Shown here: positions 59,546-64,000 of the stretch, one piece after another | Layout: each line of letters starts with the position of its first letter | How positions within the stretch are numbered: the first letter of the stretch is position 1 | From: Bacillota bacterium | Lineage (GTDB): Bacteria > Bacillota > Clostridia > Lachnospirales > Lachnospiraceae | Assembly: GCA_023387635.1 (NCBI GenBank) | Contig: JAEWHU010000091.1 | Coordinates: 2,644 to 66,643, forward strand | Reading direction: 5' to 3' | Length of the DNA stretch: 64,000 bases | Position numbers and translations under genes: made by a program | The notes under the pieces: model-generated | Database searches by the model: none | What the model saw: the letters and a program-made list of their open reading frames with translations, nothing else | Told to the model about the DNA's origin: nothing

Positions 59546-61630
59546 CTATTTATTTTTTAAAACCATTACCCCATACTTTTCAAGTGTGGTTTTACCAATC
59601 ACTTCTACACCTGTAAGTATATTTACCATAGGTACTTTTATATTTATTTCAATATTATAAGACATATAATTTAATACAAAAATATAGTCCTTATTATTTT
59701 TGCTTCTTATTGCAAGCTCAGCCTCTTTTGGTAATTCTATTATCTCTTTATACGGAGAGGCAAACTTAAGCTTACGTAAGAATATCTCTGCAGTATTTGC
59801 GCTAAAACCAGCTCCATAGTAATAGGCTTCTCCCTCACCAATTGTATTCAATACAAGTGCGGGTTCTCCATCATAGTAGTTTCCTTTATATGTAGCCAAA
59901 ACTTTAGACCCTTCTTTTGCTTCCAGGATATCATTAAATATTGGTGCATCCATTTCTTCTCCATCCCAAAGAACAAATTCATCATCATCACCAGGTCCAA
60001 GATGTGTATAATCAACTACATTAACACTACAAATATCAGATGCAAAACCGGGCATTTGATGCATTGGACAACGTCCATACTCATCTTTATAGCCGGTACG
60101 GGCCCCCATAATAAGTATTCCACCTTGCTTTACATAAGCCTTTAATAACATTGCAGTTTCTTCTGTTAGAATCGTTGCGTGAGGATAAATAAGTAGTTTG
60201 TATTTGGATAAATCTTCTATAGTAGTTTTATTTACAGTATTATTTTGAAGATATAGGAAATCCATAGGTGTATGTGTTAGCTGTGCAGCAGTGAACCAGC
60301 CATTATCACTATAGTCATCAAGTGGTCCATGCCACTTATCCTGTTCTCCATCCCAACTATTATCATAATCTTTAATCATAGCGATTTCAGCTACATATTT
60401 AGAACCAGTAATGTCGGAGAGTCTTTTAAAGTCATCTCTAATAATACCTAATTCCTTCAGTCGTCTATTTGGCTGATTTGAATAGTCATTTAAGCCATGC
60501 CAGTAAATTTCTGTTCCTATCCAGCAAGTTCTCCATCTAAAGTAACTAATAAAGTCAGCTCCATGGGCTAAAGATTGAAAAGTCCATAGTCTCATTTGAC
60601 CTGGCTTTGGAGCAGGTTGTTTCATTCTAGTATCCCAACCGCCCGCTCCTGATTGTTGTTCCATGATTCCATAATTAGGAGAGATGGATCTTGCTCTTGT
60701 TAGGGACCAGGAAGATCTGCGATCATTTAAATTACCTGGGGATTTGGGGTCTGTCCAAGTATCATAGGCAAAATTAGGATAAGAATCATAAGTTATAAAA
60801 TCAAGAGCACTTTGAGTCATTTCATGAATATCCAAATGTCCAAAAATACTATTGGTTGTAATAAACTGATGGCTCGGTTTGTATTTATTTATGATATCTG
60901 CCTGTAATTTGCAATACTTTATTGTACTATGGGATATAAACCTTTTTTCTTCAAGAGTTAAATGAGGATTATTAGAGTCATTTACTGTTAGGCGAGTAAG
61001 ATAAATTTCATCCCAAGAAGTATAAGTTTGATTCCAAAAAACGGTACCCATTGCTTCATTCAACGCATCTAAAGTTTTAAACTTTTCTTTTAAGTATTCA
61101 CGAAAAGCAGAATGATCTGATTCAGAATAAAAAGTATCTGTTTCACAGTTAAGTTCATTATCAATTTGCCATCCAATTATGGCAGGGTGAGGGCAATAAT
61201 GAGTAGCAATTTCAGTAACTAATCTTTTAGTGAATTCTTGATATATTGGTGAGTTATAATTATAATGTCTTCGCATACCATGTCGGTATAAGATACCATC
61301 TTTTCTTGCATTTAAAACTTCAGGGTATTTATGGGTAAGCCAAGCTGGTGGTGTTGCCGTAGGAGTACAAAAGATTACTTTCATACCTTTTTTTTCTGCA
61401 AGACATAAAAAATTATCAAAGAAATCGAAATTAAATACACCCTCTAAAGGCTCAAATTTATTCCAGGCAAATTCAGCAATTCTTATAACTTCAATGCCTA
61501 GATCAAGCATTCGTTCAAGATCATCCTCCCATAAATGTTCAGGCCAATGTTCGGGATAATAACAAACCCCTAATGTTGGTTTATCCAGCTTTATAGATTT
61601 TTCTAATGGATTATGTTCAGTGATAGTCAT
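59546..61630 (-). CDS. GH42 family beta-galactosidase
   Basis: GVCYYPEHWPE, IRIAEFAWNKFEP and WQIDNE motifs are present. The start is assigned to the ATG at 61630, preceded by GAGGAGG. The 49-codon upstream extension in the ORF track is AT-rich and rejected. Confidence 0.9.
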   Translation of the reverse strand: MTITEHNPLEKSIKLDKPTLGVCYYPEHWPEHLWEDDLERMLDLGIEVIRIAEFAWNKFEPLEGVFNFDFFDNFLCLAEKKGMKVIFCTPTATPPAWLTHKYPEVLNARKDGILYRHGMRRHYNYNSPIYQEFTKRLVTEIATHYCPHPAIIGWQIDNELNCETDTFYSESDHSAFREYLKEKFKTLDALNEAMGTVFWNQTYTSWDEIYLTRLTVNDSNNPHLTLEEKRFISHSTIKYCKLQADIINKYKPSHQFITTNSIFGHLDIHEMTQSALDFITYDSYPNFAYDTWTDPKSPGNLNDRRSSWSLTRARSISPNYGIMEQQSGAGGWDTRMKQPAPKPGQMRLWTFQSLAHGADFISYFRWRTCWIGTEIYWHGLNDYSNQPNRRLKELGIIRDDFKRLSDITGSKYVAEIAMIKDYDNSWDGEQDKWHGPLDDYSDNGWFTAAQLTHTPMDFLYLQNNTVNKTTIEDLSKYKLLIYPHATILTEETAMLLKAYVKQGGILIMGARTGYKDEYGRCPMHQMPGFASDICSVNVVDYTHLGPGDDDEFVLWDGEEMDAPIFNDILEAKEGSKVLATYKGNYYDGEPALVLNTIGEGEAYYYGAGFSANTAEIFLRKLKFASPYKEIIELPKEAELAIRSKNNKDYIFVLNYMSYNIEINIKVPMVNILTGVEVIGKTTLEKYGVMVLKNK

Positions 61631-61863
61631 ATTAACCTCCTCATGTAAGCAATAGAAACTTGTTATATAAAATATAATATAGTAATATATTGTTATTGTA
61701 TTATAAAAAATAGATGTAGTATATATATCTATCTTGCTATTTATATAACTATATTGATATTTGATAAAAAGGCACAAAAACTACTTATATTATGAAATTC
61801 GTTAACATAAAGAGTTTCGCAATTACCTAATAAGAAAATATTTAAGATGGGGGATGATACTAA

Positions 61864-62706
61864 TTGAAAAGACAAGTATTTTTACCAGTGATCCATGAGA
61901 ATCCATATTTTTGTTTTCCCGAATCGGTGGGGTGGTATAATAATGAGCCTTGGCATAGCGCCATAAGGTCGCAAAATGAATTCAATTACTTTAATTTACA
62001 TATTGTGGTTAGGGGAAGAGGATATTTGAAAACGAAGAATCATGTACATATGCTTTTGCAAGGAGATGCCTTTCTTTATTTCCCTTTAGAAGAACAACAT
62101 TATTATTCAGATAAAGAAAACCCTTGGGAAATCCTTTGGGTCCATTTTAGTGGGAAATATCTAAATGAATTTTTTATTGAAAATGGACTGCATTTATCAA
62201 ATGTATGGACATTAAAATTAACGGATAATATTAAAAATGCTATGATTAAACTTTTAGAAGAGGCTGAAAAACATGCGATACTACATCAATCAATTCTATC
62301 TACATTAACATATAGTATTATATCAGAATTTATATCCCAAACAGAGCCACTAAACGTTAATAAAGGACTAAATATTTATAATAGAATAATAGAAATCCTT
62401 CCAAAAATGAGGGAAATGTCTGCAAAGCCATTTGAACTAAATTATTGGTCAGATGAATTAAACATAAGTACATATTATTTTTGCAAAGTGTTTAAAAAAG
62501 CGACAGGAATCACACCAAACAAATTTATTATGCTTTGTCGTTTACAAAAATCAAAGCAATTGTTGATGGAAAAAAAAGATTGGACGGTAAAACAAATTGC
62601 ATTGGAATGCGGCTATCCAAGCATTAGTTATTTTGGAAAGATTTTTTTGAATAATGAAGGTGTAACACCTTTAGAGTATAGAAAAAAACAAACTACTATT
62701 GTGTAG
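61864..62706 (+). CDS. AraC-family transcriptional regulator, divergent from the GH42 gene
   Basis: Cupin-like N-terminus and a C-terminal HTH (YYFCKVFKKATGITPNKF...YPSISYFGKIF). The TTG start follows GGGGGA. Confidence 0.85.
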   Translation: MKRQVFLPVIHENPYFCFPESVGWYNNEPWHSAIRSQNEFNYFNLHIVVRGRGYLKTKNHVHMLLQGDAFLYFPLEEQHYYSDKENPWEILWVHFSGKYLNEFFIENGLHLSNVWTLKLTDNIKNAMIKLLEEAEKHAILHQSILSTLTYSIISEFISQTEPLNVNKGLNIYNRIIEILPKMREMSAKPFELNYWSDELNISTYYFCKVFKKATGITPNKFIMLCRLQKSKQLLMEKKDWTVKQIALECGYPSISYFGKIFLNNEGVTPLEYRKKQTTIV

Positions 62707-62923
62707 TATTATTTCTTTGACTATTTGGATAAAGATTCTTGAACTGTTTTTTAGGAACGCCGAAAGAAAGGGCATCAGTTTAAAGCGCAATAATTGTCTA
62801 GTAAAGGTTGATTGTTTACCAGTAAATAGAAAGTAAATATGTTACTATGAGGGGAGAATGAGTCATACTTTACTAATAAAAGATTAATCGATTAACAATG
62901 CACATGGCATTTAAGGAGATCTT

Positions 62924-64000
62924 ATGAATAATTTAATGTTTTTGACTAATTATTTGCTTGGAAATATGCGCCGGATTTATTTTATGGCAATTCCTGAAAC
63001 AAAGCAGGATTATAAAAAAAGCAGAGTTTACTTTACAATTAGTGATAGTGCAGTACAAACGATTGTACAATTAGCAGGTGGCACTTTCTTGGTTGCATTG
63101 TTATCGTATGTGGGAGTAAGTGATGCCAATATAGGGGTTATAACATCACTTACAAGTCTAGCCGCATTGGCTCAGCTTTTTACATTGAATTTCACTAATG
63201 GTCTAAAAAAAATTAAGTTTTTTGTGTGTTTAGTAGCACAGTTCCGATTTCTATTAGCATTTATTTATTTTATTCCTTTTTTACCTATATCAAATCAAAA
63301 ACGTGTTTGGTTAGTAGTTGGATTTTATTTGATGGCACAAATATTTGTTCAGATTGGAACACCGGCTACCCAGGATTGGATAGCAAGTTTGGTTCCTAGC
63401 AGATTGCGTGGTAAATACTTTTCTATAAAAGATACAGTAGCTATTTTTGTAACTTCTTCAACGATGCTACTTGCTGGAGTAGTATTAGACTTTTGTAAAA
63501 AAAAGAATATATTATTAGGCTTTTTTATCTTAGGTTGTTTTATTTTTATCTTGGTTGTTATTAATATATTTGCACTAACTAAGATGAAAGAGCCTAAATT
63601 ATCATTTTTGAATAAAGATGGAAAGGAAATGCATGGTACATTAGCTAAAAAAGCAAAGCAGGGGATTATATTAGAAAAGAAAGTAAGTCAATTATCAGAA
63701 TACAAGCAGTCATTTAATTCAAAAAGATTTAGAAAGGTATTATGTTTGAATCTTTTATGGATGACTTCCTTTTACATAGCAGCTCCGTTTATTGCCACCT
63801 ATCAAATTAAAGAATTAAACCTTCCATATACATTTATTATGCTGGTAAACTTTGGGTCTTGTTTATTTCGTATGTTCCTAACGCTTCGAATGGGAAAGTA
63901 TGGAGACCGTTATGGTATGGCGAGGGTATTAAAATATGCGTTTGCAGCACTTGGTATACAATATCTTATTCTAGCGCTAACTATACCTAGCAATGCCTAT
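62924..64000 (+). CDS. MFS-type transporter, 3' end outside the window
   Basis: Not in the ORF track because it is open-ended. The ATG at 62924 lies 5 nt after AAGGAG, and the frame stays open for 359 codons to the window edge. It shows multiple TM helices and an SRLRGKYFS loop. Confidence 0.7.
   Translation, partial: MNNLMFLTNYLLGNMRRIYFMAIPETKQDYKKSRVYFTISDSAVQTIVQLAGGTFLVALLSYVGVSDANIGVITSLTSLAALAQLFTLNFTNGLKKIKFFVCLVAQFRFLLAFIYFIPFLPISNQKRVWLVVGFYLMAQIFVQIGTPATQDWIASLVPSRLRGKYFSIKDTVAIFVTSSTMLLAGVVLDFCKKKNILLGFFILGCFIFILVVINIFALTKMKEPKLSFLNKDGKEMHGTLAKKAKQGIILEKKVSQLSEYKQSFNSKRFRKVLCLNLLWMTSFYIAAPFIATYQIKELNLPYTFIMLVNFGSCLFRMFLTLRMGKYGDRYGMARVLKYAFAALGIQYLILALTIPSNAY

Overview
This is a low-GC Firmicutes chromosome segment. 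Gene content suggests a plant-polysaccharide-degrading member of Clostridia, but that assignment is an inference. I found no rRNA, CRISPR array, transposase, integrase or prophage genes.

Bases 1-23,000 are a conserved housekeeping block: tspO (partial), a stand-alone tRNA-Trp, an HPr-like gene, a GGDEF/EAL sensor, tgt, yajC, a PHP phosphatase, recJ, apt, relA, an MBL hydrolase, hemZ, an HD-GYP protein, hisS, an M18 aminopeptidase and aspS. The order follows the Bacillus tgt-yajC...recJ-apt-relA...hisS-aspS synteny, with lineage-specific insertions.

Bases 23,000-32,000 are mixed:
- an XRE regulator, csp, a RACo-like ASKHA protein, galM and upp
- a compact cluster of uncharacterised membrane and zinc-ribbon genes built around a YdjI-type SPFH protein

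Bases 32,000-64,000 are a large carbohydrate-utilisation region:
- glycoside hydrolases of families GH2, GH3, GH67, GH43 and GH42, plus an SASA-type esterase
- an LplABC-type ABC importer, a TRAP transporter and an MFS transporter (partial)
- two AraC regulators and one LacI regulator
- three unrelated genes interrupt it: a Cys-rich membrane protein, a polysaccharide deacetylase and a cysteine-desulfidase-like protein

The most interesting items are:
1. the pspA-less SPFH / five-zinc-ribbon operon at 29,121-31,814
2. the orphan protein with about ten CxxC motifs and a C-terminal membrane anchor at 52,973-54,604
3. a pseudo-receiver/SARP regulator plus a His-less Hpt protein inserted between recJ and apt
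4. two arrays of 21-22 bp phased direct repeats, at 20,225-20,322 and 32,085-32,200
5. a triple palindromic operator set between the LacI gene and the TRAP operon

All functional calls come from reading the translated ORFs and hand-folding the RNA. No database search was run.
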